Positions 46,296-56,743 of a stretch of DNA of 64,000 bases are shown in pieces; positions within the stretch are counted from its first letter, which is position 1; each line of letters opens with the position of its first letter. The stretch comes from a bacterium. Its GTDB lineage: Bacteria; UBA8248. Where the stretch lies: assembly GCA_965207065.1 (NCBI GenBank), contig OZ242260.1:1760001-1824000 (forward strand), written 5' to 3'. The notes under the pieces are model-generated. The model was not told the DNA's origin. It did not search any database and saw only the letters and a program-made list of their open reading frames with translations. The position numbers were made by a program, and so were the translations under genes.

Positions 46296-47051
46296 ATGGC
46301 GCTGGTTGAATATGAGGTGAGAGACAAGCTGGCCTATATCAAATTGAACAGGCCGGAGAAGATGAACGCGATCAACCACGAGATGAGCGAACGCATCTTC
46401 GCGCTCTTCGACGAGATGGAGCGCGACCCAAATGTGTGGGGTTGTCTGATAACCGGCGAGGGCAAGGCCTTCTCGAGTGGACACGACCTCACCGAGCCGC
46501 CGCCCGAAGACAGGGAGGTGAAACCCGTTTCCGACCTCTATCAGGTCATCATGGAGCTTTTTAAGCCCTGCTTCGCGGCGATCAACGGGTTCTGTCTGGC
46601 GGGCGGGGCAGGCATCGCGCTCTCCTGCGACGTGCGCGTCATGGCCGAGGACACGCAACTCGGCTGGCCCCAGGTGATGCGCGGCATCTCTTCCGTCAGC
46701 GGGCCGATTCTCCTGGCGAAGCAGCTGCCCTTCAACCTCGCCCACTACCATCTGTTCACCGGCGAGCCCATCGACGCTGAAACCGCGCTCAGGCTCGGTC
46801 TCGTGAACAAGGTGGTTCCCCGGGCGAACGTGCTGGAGGAAACGGAGAAAATTGCGCGGCAGGTGCTGGCGAACGCGCCCCTGGCGGTGCGCGCCATCAA
46901 GGAGATCACCGTTCGCGCGCGCGACATGACGATGGAAGACGCCCTTCGATTCGGCGACGTGATCCTGAAACGCCTCCTGGAGACCGATGACGCAGAAGAG
47001 GGCGTGCGCGCCTTCAAGGAGAAAAGAACGCCTCGTTTCAAGGGGAAATAA
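46296..47051 (+). CDS. Enoyl-CoA hydratase/isomerase family protein
   Basis: LNRPEKMNAI, AFSSGHDL, AAINGFCLAGG; the usual catalytic glutamates appear replaced (GAG, PQV). Confidence 0.9.
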   Translation: MALVEYEVRDKLAYIKLNRPEKMNAINHEMSERIFALFDEMERDPNVWGCLITGEGKAFSSGHDLTEPPPEDREVKPVSDLYQVIMELFKPCFAAINGFCLAGGAGIALSCDVRVMAEDTQLGWPQVMRGISSVSGPILLAKQLPFNLAHYHLFTGEPIDAETALRLGLVNKVVPRANVLEETEKIARQVLANAPLAVRAIKEITVRARDMTMEDALRFGDVILKRLLETDDAEEGVRAFKEKRTPRFKGK

Positions 47052-47100
47052 AGATTATTATTATCTTTCGCTCCATCCTTCTGCCTGAAAGGAGGCCGCG

Positions 47101-48261
47101 GTGGACTTCGACCTCACCGACTCTCAACGGGAAATCCGGCAAAAAGCCCGCGAAATCGCTACGAACCAGATAGCACCCAAGGCGGCGTTCTGGGACCAGA
47201 CCGAGGAATATCCCTGGGAAAACGCTCGAATTCTCGCGGATGAAGGATTTATGGGCATGAACATCCCCGAGGAATTCGGCGGACCCGAGCGCCCGCTCAT
47301 CGAGGCCGTCCTGGTGGTCGAGGAGATGGCCAAGGTCTGCGGCATCACGGGGCGCATCGTGGTGGACAGCAATATGGGCGTGGTGGGGGCCATCATTAAA
47401 TACGGCACCGAGGAGCAGAAGAATAAGTATCTGCCCATGGTGCTCCAGGGGGATAAGCCCGCCATCGTCATCACCGAGCCCGAGGCGGGAAGCGCCGCCA
47501 CAGACATGACGACGCGGGCCGTGCTCGACGGCGATGAATATATCCTGAACGGCAAGAAGAAATGGATCACCGGCGCGGGCGTCTCCCACATCAACCTCGT
47601 ATTCGCCCGCGTAGTGCACGGCGGGGACGAGCAGGGAATCGGCGCGCTTATCGTGGAGTTGGGCGCGGAGGGCTTCCGCATCGGGGAACGCGCCTTCATG
47701 ATGGGCTTGCGGGGCATCCCCGAGAGTGAGGAGATTTTCGAGAACTGCCGCGTGCCGAGTGAAAACCTGGTGACGGTAGGCTTCGGTCGCCTGATGGCCG
47801 CCTACAACGCCCAGCGGGTGGGGGCAGGCACGGTGGCCTTGGGCCTCGCCGAGGGCGCCTTCGCGCAGGCGGTGGAATACGCGAAAAAACGCCACCAGTT
47901 CGGACGCCCGATATCGGAGTTCCAGGGGCTTCAGTGGATTCTGGCGGATGGACGCATTCAGCTCGACGCCGCGCGGCTCCTGCTCCACCGTGCGGCGGTG
48001 CAGGAAGACCCGAAGACGGGATTTCCCGACATGAACCTCGCCGCCATCGCCAAGACGTTTTCGGCCGAAGCCTCGATCAAGGTGACGAATGACGCGCTCC
48101 AGATTTTCGGGGCCGCCGGCTATTCGCGCGATCTGCCGATCGAGCGCATGGCGCGCGACGTGCGGATGTTCACCATCGGCGGCGGCACCACCCAGGCGCA
48201 ACGAAACGTGATCGCCTCGGGTATTTTCGGGAGAAAATTTTCGCAGCGCAGAGGAGAGTGA
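47101..48261 (+). CDS. Acyl-CoA dehydrogenase family protein
   Basis: ITEPEAGS, NGKKKWIT, RHQFGRPI, QIFGAAGY, IGGGT. Confidence 0.93.
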   Translation: MDFDLTDSQREIRQKAREIATNQIAPKAAFWDQTEEYPWENARILADEGFMGMNIPEEFGGPERPLIEAVLVVEEMAKVCGITGRIVVDSNMGVVGAIIKYGTEEQKNKYLPMVLQGDKPAIVITEPEAGSAATDMTTRAVLDGDEYILNGKKKWITGAGVSHINLVFARVVHGGDEQGIGALIVELGAEGFRIGERAFMMGLRGIPESEEIFENCRVPSENLVTVGFGRLMAAYNAQRVGAGTVALGLAEGAFAQAVEYAKKRHQFGRPISEFQGLQWILADGRIQLDAARLLLHRAAVQEDPKTGFPDMNLAAIAKTFSAEASIKVTNDALQIFGAAGYSRDLPIERMARDVRMFTIGGGTTQAQRNVIASGIFGRKFSQRRGE

Positions 48262-48380
48262 GAAAATCCTGCTCTAAGGATGGCTTCTCATAAAAGCGTC
48301 CCATGTCCGCTTGGAATATTGGGGCCGGAATATCCCGGGAAGGAGTAGTTAAACCCAGGCCGTATGATAAAGGAACCATA

Positions 48381-48722
48381 ATGGCTATCTTTACGCTTCA
48401 GGAAGCCCGCGATTTGCTGCCGCAGGTCAAGGAAGTGACGCAGCATTATTACGACGTCGTCGAGGAGATGCGCGAACAATTGGAAAACATCGAGGAGTCA
48501 CAAGACGTAAAGCGCCTCGAAGGACTCATGAATGACGCGGTCGGCGAGTGGGTCGAGGCCGTCAGAAACTTAGGGGTTGAAGTCAAAGGGTTGTGGCTGG
48601 CGGATTTCGATTCGGGAGACGGCTATTACTACTGCTGGAAGCTCGGCGAGGAAGACATCGAACATTTTCACAGCTACGATGGTGGGTTCGCCGGCCGCCG
48701 TCCCATTTCGTTGCTGGAATAA
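48381..48722 (+). CDS. DUF2203 family protein
   Basis: FTLQEARDLLP...GVEVKGLWLADF...YYCWKLGE..IEHFH..GFAGRRPI. Confidence 0.85.
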   Translation: MAIFTLQEARDLLPQVKEVTQHYYDVVEEMREQLENIEESQDVKRLEGLMNDAVGEWVEAVRNLGVEVKGLWLADFDSGDGYYYCWKLGEEDIEHFHSYDGGFAGRRPISLLE

Positions 48723-48828
48723 TACTCGTTTTTCCTGAGTTCGGAGGCTGTTCGATTCCAGAAAAACAATAACTTCCACGGTTCACGCTGGGCAAACGTG
48801 TGCCTGTTGGTGGTGGAGCAGATGCCCC

Positions 48829-50052
48829 CTAGCCGTATTGAAGTATCATGCCGGTGATCCCGCATTCGATGCAGCCGGCCACTTCGATGCAGCGCGAGTT
48901 CGCGGGCGGCATCACGACGCCGGTGATGCCCTCTCTGTAGAATCTCTCGAAGGGATAACGCCGCGCGATGGAGCGGCCCCCCACGAGCCGCATCGCGTGC
49001 TGCACCACCTTGGCGCAGACCTCGCACGAGATGTATTTGGACTGCATGACGGTTTTCACCGTGTTCTGGTTCGCCATGCCGTCGCCTTGTTCTTTCACGT
49101 GGCACGCCTCGTAGAGGAGCATCCGCGCGGCCCTGAGCTCGGAGCTCAACTCGCCGATGTTGCTCTGGTACATCTCGTTGTGACTCAGTGGCTCGGGGTT
49201 GGGCGGGTATTGCGTTGTTTTCACATATTCGACCAGGTGATTGTAGGCCCCCTCCGCGATGCCGAGGTAGGCGGCGGCAAAGCCTAAGTGGAACATGGTG
49301 ATGTCGATTTTCCCCAGCGCGCCGATGAAGTTCTCACCCCCCAGGATGTCCTCGTTCGGCACGAAGGTATCCTCGAAGATGATGTCGTCGCTCGCCGTTC
49401 CCCGCATCGACATGGTGTCCCACACCACCTGTACGGATGAACCTCCGTAATCCTTGTGAAGTACGGCGGTCATGATGGCCTCGGCGGCGGTCTTCTTCCC
49501 CTCCAAAAACCCGGTGGTGAAATAGTAATCGGCGTGCTCGCCAATCGAGGCGGAAATCTTCCTGCCGCTCAGCCGATAGCCGCCCTCGACGGGAGAGAAG
49601 ATGGACTTGAGCGTCACGAGGTGCCGGAAGCTCATACCGCGTTCCGCCGTGACGGAGGAAAACAGCTTGCCGTTCTCGACGATGTCGGGGAGGACGCGCT
49701 TTTTCTGCTCATCGTTCGCCAGGTCGAAAAAGAGGCTCACGCAGGTCTGGTGCATGTTCCAGGTCAGCGCGGTGGAGGCGCACGCCTTGCCCAGTTCTGC
49801 GAGCGCCATGTTGTAGGTGAGGGAATTCGCGCCCGATCCACCCCATTCCTCGGGGATGCACAAGGCGTTCAGGCCCGCGTCGATGAGTAGTTTGTAGTTC
49901 TCGGTGGGGAAGCGGCCTTCTCGGTCAATTTCGGCCGCCATCTCGGCCATCTGTGGCGTGAGGGCCTTTATCTTGTCGATGATCTGTTTGTCGTATTTCA
50001 GATCCATCAGCGTTTCGTATGACTCACTCGCCGCGGTTGTGGGACCCATCAT
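48829..50052 (-). CDS. Acyl-CoA dehydrogenase-like flavoprotein (divergent)
   Basis: IDREGRFP, CASTALTWNMH, WDTMSMRGTAS, AMRLVGG, FERFYRE. Confidence 0.88.
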   Translation of the reverse strand: MMGPTTAASESYETLMDLKYDKQIIDKIKALTPQMAEMAAEIDREGRFPTENYKLLIDAGLNALCIPEEWGGSGANSLTYNMALAELGKACASTALTWNMHQTCVSLFFDLANDEQKKRVLPDIVENGKLFSSVTAERGMSFRHLVTLKSIFSPVEGGYRLSGRKISASIGEHADYYFTTGFLEGKKTAAEAIMTAVLHKDYGGSSVQVVWDTMSMRGTASDDIIFEDTFVPNEDILGGENFIGALGKIDITMFHLGFAAAYLGIAEGAYNHLVEYVKTTQYPPNPEPLSHNEMYQSNIGELSSELRAARMLLYEACHVKEQGDGMANQNTVKTVMQSKYISCEVCAKVVQHAMRLVGGRSIARRYPFERFYREGITGVVMPPANSRCIEVAGCIECGITGMILQYG

Positions 50053-50423
50053 TTTTCCTCCTGTTCATCGAGGCGAAAAGCGCCCGCCTCGATCATCCAG
50101 ACGGCGTTCTGATTCAGGGTCGAGCGAGAGGACATGCTCGACGAATCTCGTGTTCAACTCATCAAAATCTCCATCAATCGACGATTTTCATCACACTGCT
50201 ACACCGGCTCAAAATTGGAGGTCGAGCGCGCCTCATGGGAAAAGGCGCACTTCCTCCATCGGGGATGGATCTCGATACTATCAGATGCCTCTTTGAGTTT
50301 GACAGCGTTTCATCGAGGCATGTAATCTCCGCAGGGTTTTCATACTTTAACCCATTGAGATAATTCTTGCACCAGCCGCTATACGGGTTGGTTTCGTTTC
50401 TCGAGATTTTCGGGAGATATTTT

Positions 50424-51425
50424 ATGACTCCCCGCATACTCGTCTCCACCACGCCGTTTGGGGAAATCGACCCCAAGCCCGTCGAGATGCTCGAAAGCGC
50501 AGGGGTGGAGTTCGTGCGCAACACGCTGGGCAAGCGGCCGAACGAAGATGAATTCGCCGATATGATACGCGATGGCTTCGACGCCGTCATCGCGGGTCTG
50601 GAACCATTCAACCCGAGAATACTGGATCTGGCGAAGGGTCTTCGCTTTATATCGCGCGCCACGGTGGGCCTCGAGACGGTGGACCTGAACGCCGCCCGCG
50701 AGCGGAACATTCTCGTTGCGAACACCCCCGGGGCCAACTCGCAAGCCGTGGCGGAACTGACGCTGAGCCACCTGCTCTCGCTCCTGCGGGGCGTACATCA
50801 CTCTCATGACGCGCTATTGCGCGGCGAGTGGCTCCAGTACATGGGCCGCACGCTCGATGAGATCACCCTGGGCGTCATCGGCGTGGGGCGCATCGGCAAG
50901 CGGGTGATACGCCAGGCATCGGGCTTCGGGGCGAAAATCATCGCGAACGATCTCGTTCCCGATGTCGAATTCGGCGAGCGCTACGGTGTGGAATGGGCCG
51001 AGAAAGAAGAAATCTACCGCCGCGCCGATGCTGTCTCCTTACACGTTCCTGCCACGCCGAAGACGATCCACATGGTGGGGGAAGACGAGATTACGATGAT
51101 GAAAAAAGGCGCTTTTCTCATCAACACGGCGCGCGGCGTCATCGTGGACGATGAGGCGCTCGCGCGCGCGCTGCGCTCGGGCCACTTGGGGGGCGCAGGC
51201 ATCGACGTTTTCCCCGAAGAGCCCTACCGGGGCGTACTCGTGGGCGCGCCCAACTGCATTCTCACCGCGCATCTCGGCGCAAGAGCGCGCTCCTCGCGTC
51301 TGCAAATGGAACTCGACGCGACGGAAAACGTCCTGTGCTTTCTGGCGGGCAAGCCGATTCCGGGACTCGTGCCGGATGAGGAATACGAGATGCAGCGCAT
51401 CATCACCGCCGACGCGAACGCGTAA
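50424..51425 (+). CDS. D-3-phosphoglycerate dehydrogenase-like D-2-hydroxyacid dehydrogenase
   Basis: GVGRIG, INTARG, DVFPEEP, TAHLG. Confidence 0.9.
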   Translation: MTPRILVSTTPFGEIDPKPVEMLESAGVEFVRNTLGKRPNEDEFADMIRDGFDAVIAGLEPFNPRILDLAKGLRFISRATVGLETVDLNAARERNILVANTPGANSQAVAELTLSHLLSLLRGVHHSHDALLRGEWLQYMGRTLDEITLGVIGVGRIGKRVIRQASGFGAKIIANDLVPDVEFGERYGVEWAEKEEIYRRADAVSLHVPATPKTIHMVGEDEITMMKKGAFLINTARGVIVDDEALARALRSGHLGGAGIDVFPEEPYRGVLVGAPNCILTAHLGARARSSRLQMELDATENVLCFLAGKPIPGLVPDEEYEMQRIITADANA

Positions 51426-51462
51426 ACCGGGAAAAGACTCTTCTAACAATTGGAGTTAATGA

Positions 51463-52227
51463 ATGCCCAGGACACCTGATTTTTTCGCGGGAAAAACCAT
51501 CATCGTCACCGGCGCAGCCAGCGGCATCGGAAAGGAGACCTCGCTCATTTTCGGGCGCGAGGGAGCCAACGTCTTCTGCGCGGACCTGGATGAGGAAGGC
51601 GCCGCCGATGTCGCCGAGCGCGTTACGGAGAACGGAGGCCGGGGCGTTCACATGAAGGTGGACGTCACCTCGCGCGAAGAAGCGTTCGACATGACGAGGC
51701 GCGCCAAGGAGAGGTTCAGCCGGGTCGATTTTTCGCTCAATTCTGCAGGCGCCGCTCTGCGCCGTTCTGATTTTTTAGGAATAGAAGACGACCTGTGGGA
51801 GCGGACGTTCGACCTGAACGTCAAGGGTGTTTTCTACTGTATGCAGGCCGCGATTCCCGAAATGCTCGAAAACGGCAGTGGCGTCATCGTCAACATCGGG
51901 AGTATGGCGCACAAGCGCGGAGGGCCGGGCCACTCGGTGCACTACGCGGCGGCCAAGGGCGCGGTGGTGACGATGAGCATGGGCGTGGGCCGCGAGTTTG
52001 CGGACAGGGGCATCCGGTGCATGTCCATATCGCCCGGACCCATCGACACGCCGTTTCACGACGTCTCCTCGGAGGAACTCAGGGAGTCGATGCGCGCTCA
52101 GATACCGATGGGCCGCTTCGGTACGCCGGAAGAGATTGGTGAGCTGGTGTTGTTCATGTGCTCGGATGCGTGCGGGTTCATGACGGCGGACACCGTGTAC
52201 GTGAACGGCGGCGGGGGCTGGAAGTAG
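51463..52227 (+). CDS. Short-chain dehydrogenase/reductase
   Basis: TGAASGIG, NSAG, YAAAK. Confidence 0.92.
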   Translation: MPRTPDFFAGKTIIVTGAASGIGKETSLIFGREGANVFCADLDEEGAADVAERVTENGGRGVHMKVDVTSREEAFDMTRRAKERFSRVDFSLNSAGAALRRSDFLGIEDDLWERTFDLNVKGVFYCMQAAIPEMLENGSGVIVNIGSMAHKRGGPGHSVHYAAAKGAVVTMSMGVGREFADRGIRCMSISPGPIDTPFHDVSSEELRESMRAQIPMGRFGTPEEIGELVLFMCSDACGFMTADTVYVNGGGGWK

Positions 52228-52238
52228 GATGCGCTAGG

Positions 52239-52463
52239 TCATCTTCTCGAAAAAAGGTTCAAGAGCAGCGTCAGCACGATGCTGATCACGATGCAGGTCA
52301 CCACCGGGAAGGAAAAACTCCAGTTCTTCCCCCGCAAGTGAATGTCGCCCGGCAGTTTTCCGAGAAACGGAATCTTGGGCGCCAAGACGAACACTACTCC
52401 CAGGACCATCAGAACCGCGCCGAGCAGAATCAACGCTTTTCCAAAACCGCCGAAAGGCTCCAT
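52239..52463 (-). CDS. DUF2905 family small membrane protein
   Basis: LGKLPGDI..FSFPVVTCIVISIVLT; typical position after ruvB. Confidence 0.88.
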   Translation of the reverse strand: MEPFGGFGKALILLGAVLMVLGVVFVLAPKIPFLGKLPGDIHLRGKNWSFSFPVVTCIVISIVLTLLLNLFSRR

Positions 52464-52478
52464 CTGCTATCTGTCCTC

Positions 52479-53543
52479 TTATGGGGATGTTTCGGTTTCC
52501 TCATCCTTCGCGGCGCCCTCCCAAAGATCCCGCTGGACCCCTTTGGGCAGCGCGACACCCAGATGCGAATACGCCGCCGATGGCGCGCGCCTGCCGCCGC
52601 GCGTTCTCTGTACGAAGCCCGCCCGCAGCAGGAATGGCTCCACCATGTCCACCAGGGTGTCCGTCTCCTCGTTCATGGTGGCGGCGATGGCCTCCACCCC
52701 CACCGGGCCGCCGCCGTATTGATCGATGATCGTTCTCAGATATTTCCTGTCCAGCGCGTCCAGACCCAACTCGTCCACGCCTTCCATGGCGAGCGCTTCG
52801 CGCGCACTGGTGAGGGTGATGGCGTCATCCCCACGCGCCTGGCAGAAATCGCGCGTCCAGAGCAGGAGGCGGTTCGCCGTGCGCGGCGTGCCCCGGCTTC
52901 TTCGTGCGAGTTCGTGTGCCGCCTCTTCTTCAATCGGAACTTCGAGACGAACGGCGCTCCGCAGGAGTATCTGCACGAGTTCTTCCTCGGAGTAAAAATC
53001 CACGTGGTAGACGAGATAGAAGCGTTCTCTCAGAGCGGCGGTCAGGGCGCCGGGGCGCGTCGTGGCGCCCACGGCCGTGAATATCTTGAGCGGGAAATTG
53101 ATGGTGCGGGCCATGGGTCCGCTATCGACGACGAAGTCCACGCGGTAGTCCTCCATCGCGGGGTAGAGGAATTCCTCCACCGCGCTGGGCATGCGGTGGA
53201 TCTCGTCGATGAACAGCACGTCTCCCTGCTGGAGGCCCGTGAGTATTCCCATGAGGTCGGCCGGTCTGGAGAGAGAAGGGCCGGAGGTCTTGACGAGGCG
53301 CGTTCCCATTTCCTCCGAGATGATGTGCGAAAGCGTGGTTTTCCCGAGACCCGGCGGCCCGTGGAAGAGAATGTGGCCCAGGGGCTCGTTTCTTCTGCGC
53401 GAGGCCTCGAGCGCAATGCGCAGTTTCGCCACCAGGTCGGTCTGGCCCACGTATTCTTCAAGCTGCGTGGGCCTCAGCGAGGTGAAGGTTCGCTCTTCCG
53501 CCGGGCTCGCCGCCTTCGCGCTCACGCGCCGCTCGATGACCAT
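52479..53543 (-). CDS. ruvB: Holliday junction DNA helicase RuvB
   Basis: LRP..EEYVGQ, GPPGLGKTT, FIDEIHR, SRGTPR. Confidence 0.97.
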   Translation of the reverse strand: MVIERRVSAKAASPAEERTFTSLRPTQLEEYVGQTDLVAKLRIALEASRRRNEPLGHILFHGPPGLGKTTLSHIISEEMGTRLVKTSGPSLSRPADLMGILTGLQQGDVLFIDEIHRMPSAVEEFLYPAMEDYRVDFVVDSGPMARTINFPLKIFTAVGATTRPGALTAALRERFYLVYHVDFYSEEELVQILLRSAVRLEVPIEEEAAHELARRSRGTPRTANRLLLWTRDFCQARGDDAITLTSAREALAMEGVDELGLDALDRKYLRTIIDQYGGGPVGVEAIAATMNEETDTLVDMVEPFLLRAGFVQRTRGGRRAPSAAYSHLGVALPKGVQRDLWEGAAKDEETETSP

Positions 53544-53553
53544 GGTTTTCTCC

Positions 53554-54189
53554 CTATCGGCTCAGCCGGAACACTTCCTGCAAGATGGCTTCGGCCTCCG
53601 CCTCAGCTCCCAGCGAGGCGACGGCGCGCTGGACAAGATTCTCTGCCTCGGGCGTTCGGTAGCCCAACTGCCCCACCAGCACGGCCATGACGTCGCCATG
53701 CAGAGGCGTGGCGTCGCGGTGTTCGTCCGATGGAACCTCGATATCGCGCGCCAGTTGAAGCTCCACAATTTCCTCTCTGAGCGTGGAGATTACCTGTTCG
53801 GCTTTTTTTCTGCCGATGCCGGGCAGTTTGGTGAGCATGACGGTGTTCGCCGTCGCGATGGCTTCTGCGATCTGAAGGGGAGGGAGGCTCATCGCCCGCA
53901 CCCCGCTTTTGGGGCTGATGCCGGGCACTTTAATAAACGACAGGAAAAACGCTCTTTCTTCCGCTGAGAGGAAACCCACCAGCCGGGGCAGGAGCTGACC
54001 AGTGGCCACGTTTCCCTCCAGGTAATGATGGGTGTGGAGTTCCACCGCCTCGCGCGCGCTCATGAGCGCCTGTAGCTCATGCACCGCGTATCCGCCCACC
54101 TGTATTTCATACCCGATGCCGGCTGAAGTCTTGAGGATGACGCATTCGGCCTGGACGTCGATGATCTCCCCCGATATCTGTCGGATCAT
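53554..54189 (-). CDS. ruvA: Holliday junction binding protein RuvA
   Basis: GIGYEI; HhH motifs VPGISPK and LPGIGRK; between ruvC and ruvB. Confidence 0.93.
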   Translation of the reverse strand: MIRQISGEIIDVQAECVILKTSAGIGYEIQVGGYAVHELQALMSAREAVELHTHHYLEGNVATGQLLPRLVGFLSAEERAFFLSFIKVPGISPKSGVRAMSLPPLQIAEAIATANTVMLTKLPGIGRKKAEQVISTLREEIVELQLARDIEVPSDEHRDATPLHGDVMAVLVGQLGYRTPEAENLVQRAVASLGAEAEAEAILQEVFRLSR

Positions 54190-54719
54190 GCTTTACTCCC
54201 GACCGCCTGCTCACTTCTTAAGTAGCTGCGGTCGATGTGGCAATACGCCGCGGCAATGGCGTCGGCCACGTCTGGGGGTTCCGGCAAATCGTGCAATCTG
54301 AGTCGCTGCTGGACCATGTGCTGCACCTGCGCCTTCGTGGCGCGTCCGGCGCCGACGAGCGATTTCTTGATTTCGGTCGCCGAGTAGCTGACCACCGGAA
54401 CGCCCGCCTGCGATGCGGCGAGGAAGATCACCCCCCGCGCGTGTCCCATGATGATGGAGGTGCGGGGGTGCTTGTAGTGGCTGTAGAGGTTTTCCACGGC
54501 CATGACGTGGGGTTCGTTCGTCTCGATGATGTGAACGAGGTCCTTGTGCAACTCGTAGAGGCGCTTCTCTAGCGCCGCGTTTGAATCGCTCTTGAGGATG
54601 CCGCCATCCACCAGGCGCGGTTCGAATTCGCCATCGTCGAGGCGCAGGACGGCGTAGCCCGTGACGCCAAGGCCGGGGTCCACGCCCAGAACGCGGAATG
54701 TGTTTTCAGATTGCGTCAA
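54186..54719 (-). CDS. ruvC: Crossover junction endodeoxyribonuclease RuvC
   Basis: GVDPG, AVE, GHARGV, DVADAIA. Confidence 0.95.
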   Translation of the reverse strand: MTQSENTFRVLGVDPGLGVTGYAVLRLDDGEFEPRLVDGGILKSDSNAALEKRLYELHKDLVHIIETNEPHVMAVENLYSHYKHPRTSIIMGHARGVIFLAASQAGVPVVSYSATEIKKSLVGAGRATKAQVQHMVQQRLRLHDLPEPPDVADAIAAAYCHIDRSYLRSEQAVGSKA

Positions 54720-54750
54720 AAGAAAACCCCACGGGCGGTGGGTTGTGCGT

Positions 54751-55500
54751 TTATGCGGATGCTTCCGCCATCTGTTCTTCGGAAATGTCGAAGTTCGCGT
54801 AGACGTTCTGCACGTCGTCGTTGTCCTCGAGCGCTTCCATGAGACGAAGCATCTGCTCTGCTTCCTTGCCCTCGAGCTTCACCGTCGATTTGGGCAGCAT
54901 GGCGAGTTCGGCCGATTCCGTCGGTATCTCGCTACTGTCGAGCGCCTCGCGCACGGACTCGAACGCATCCGGCGAAGTATGGATCTCGAACAAATCGTCG
55001 GTGGATTCGAAGTCCTCCGCCCCCGCTTCGAGCACGAGCTCCATGAGCGTTTCTTCATCCACGCTCTCCTGGGGGACGAGGAACAGGCCCTTTTTCTCGA
55101 AGTTCCATGCCACGGCGTTCGGCTCGGCCATGGTGCCGTTGTTCTTCGTCAGGATGTGGCGGATTTCCGCGCCCGTGCGGTTGCGGTTGTCGGTGAGCAC
55201 CGCGATGAGAATCGCCACCCCGTTGGGGCCGTAGCCCTCATAGGCGCATTCCTCATAACTCACGCCTTCGAGGTCGCCCGTTCCCTTGGCGATGGCGCGT
55301 GCGATGTTGTCCTGGGGCATGTTGGCCCCTTTCGCCGTCTGTATCGCCGTGCGCAGCCGGGGATTGCCGTCGGGGTCTCCCCCGCCGATCCTGGCCGCGA
55401 TGGTGATTTCCTTGATGAGTTTGGTGAAAATCTTGCCGCGCTTGGCGTCGAGTGCGCCTTTTTTCCGCTTGATGGTGCTCCATTTGGAATGACCGGACAT
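54751..55500 (-). CDS. yebC: YebC/PmpR family protein
   Basis: [35 protein letters not shown]. Confidence 0.96.
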   Translation of the reverse strand: MSGHSKWSTIKRKKGALDAKRGKIFTKLIKEITIAARIGGGDPDGNPRLRTAIQTAKGANMPQDNIARAIAKGTGDLEGVSYEECAYEGYGPNGVAILIAVLTDNRNRTGAEIRHILTKNNGTMAEPNAVAWNFEKKGLFLVPQESVDEETLMELVLEAGAEDFESTDDLFEIHTSPDAFESVREALDSSEIPTESAELAMLPKSTVKLEGKEAEQMLRLMEALEDNDDVQNVYANFDISEEQMAEASA

Positions 55501-55741
55501 GACGGGTACTCCTGCGATTCTCCTGCGGTGGGTTCTATCCCTCTCCATCCGAAGGGCATTCGTCCTCATGAGGCATTCTGACTATAATTTCTAGCATGGG
55601 GGGCGGTGGGAGTAAAGACTTGGGCCTGCCGGGTCCGGCCTCGAAGCGCCCCGCATGGACACCTCGTTGATGGGGTGATATTTTTCCGCCAGACGTTTCC
55701 AGGGAGGAAGGATTCTGAGTTCTCGAAAAACAGCAACTTCG

Positions 55742-56704
55742 ATGAATCCCGTAGAGCGGGGCGCGCGGACGCTTCGGATCGAAGCCGAGGCGCTCGCAGG
55801 GCTCATCGAGCGGCTGGACGGGGGGTTCATCCAGGCGGTCGATATCGTTCTGGGGTGCAAGGGCAAGGTCGCGGTCACCGGCATGGGGAAGAGCGGGCTG
55901 ATCGGGCAGAAGATTTCCGCCACCCTTGCGAGTACAGGCACGCCTTCTTATTTTCTCCATCCCGCAGAGGGCGTTCACGGTGATTTGGGTATGGTGACGA
56001 AAGAAGACGTCATCGTCGCGCTCTCCTACAGCGGCGAGACGGACGAGGTGGTGCGCATCCTGCCCGTCTTCGCCCGTCTGGGCACGCCGCTCATCGCCAT
56101 CACCGGAACCGGGAATTCCACCCTCTGGCGCGCCGCGCAGGCCGTTCTGAACATTCACGTGAAAGAAGAAGCCTGCCCGATTCAGCTTGCGCCCACGGCG
56201 AGCAGCACCGCCGCCCTGGCGATGGGCGATGCGCTGGCGATGGCCGTGCTGGAGGCGAGAGGGTTTCAGCCCGAGGATTTTGCGCGTTTTCATCCCGGCG
56301 GGGCCTTGGGAAAGAAACTCATTCGCGTGAAAGAACTGATGGTCACGGGCGATGACGTTCCGCAGGTGGAAGAAGCTGCTTCTCTGGACCGGGTCGTGCG
56401 CGAGATGAGCGCCAGGAGACTGGGGATGACGTGCGTGATGGGCATGGATCAGGAATTGCGCGGCGTCATCACGGACGGGGACTTGAGGCGCGCGCTGGAG
56501 AAAACCGAGGATTTGCCCGAGCTTACAGCCGGCGATTTGATGACGATCGATCCAACGACGATTGATCAGGATGAAATGGCCGCCGCGGCGGTTCAATTGA
56601 TGGAGGCGGGCGCCATAACATCCCTGGCAGTCACCGCCGGTGCGGATAAGCTTCTGGCGGGTGTGCTGCACCTCCATCATGTACTGCGCGCAGGTGTGGT
56701 ATAG
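55742..56704 (+). CDS. kdsD: Arabinose-5-phosphate isomerase (KpsF/GutQ, SIS plus CBS)
   Basis: GMGKSG, HPAEGVHGDLG, SYSGET, APTASS, FHPGG; CBS pair. Confidence 0.93.
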   Translation: MNPVERGARTLRIEAEALAGLIERLDGGFIQAVDIVLGCKGKVAVTGMGKSGLIGQKISATLASTGTPSYFLHPAEGVHGDLGMVTKEDVIVALSYSGETDEVVRILPVFARLGTPLIAITGTGNSTLWRAAQAVLNIHVKEEACPIQLAPTASSTAALAMGDALAMAVLEARGFQPEDFARFHPGGALGKKLIRVKELMVTGDDVPQVEEAASLDRVVREMSARRLGMTCVMGMDQELRGVITDGDLRRALEKTEDLPELTAGDLMTIDPTTIDQDEMAAAAVQLMEAGAITSLAVTAGADKLLAGVLHLHHVLRAGVV

Positions 56705-56743
56705 ACGTATCCGAGCCTTTCTAGGGCCGTTTTTACGCCATCC

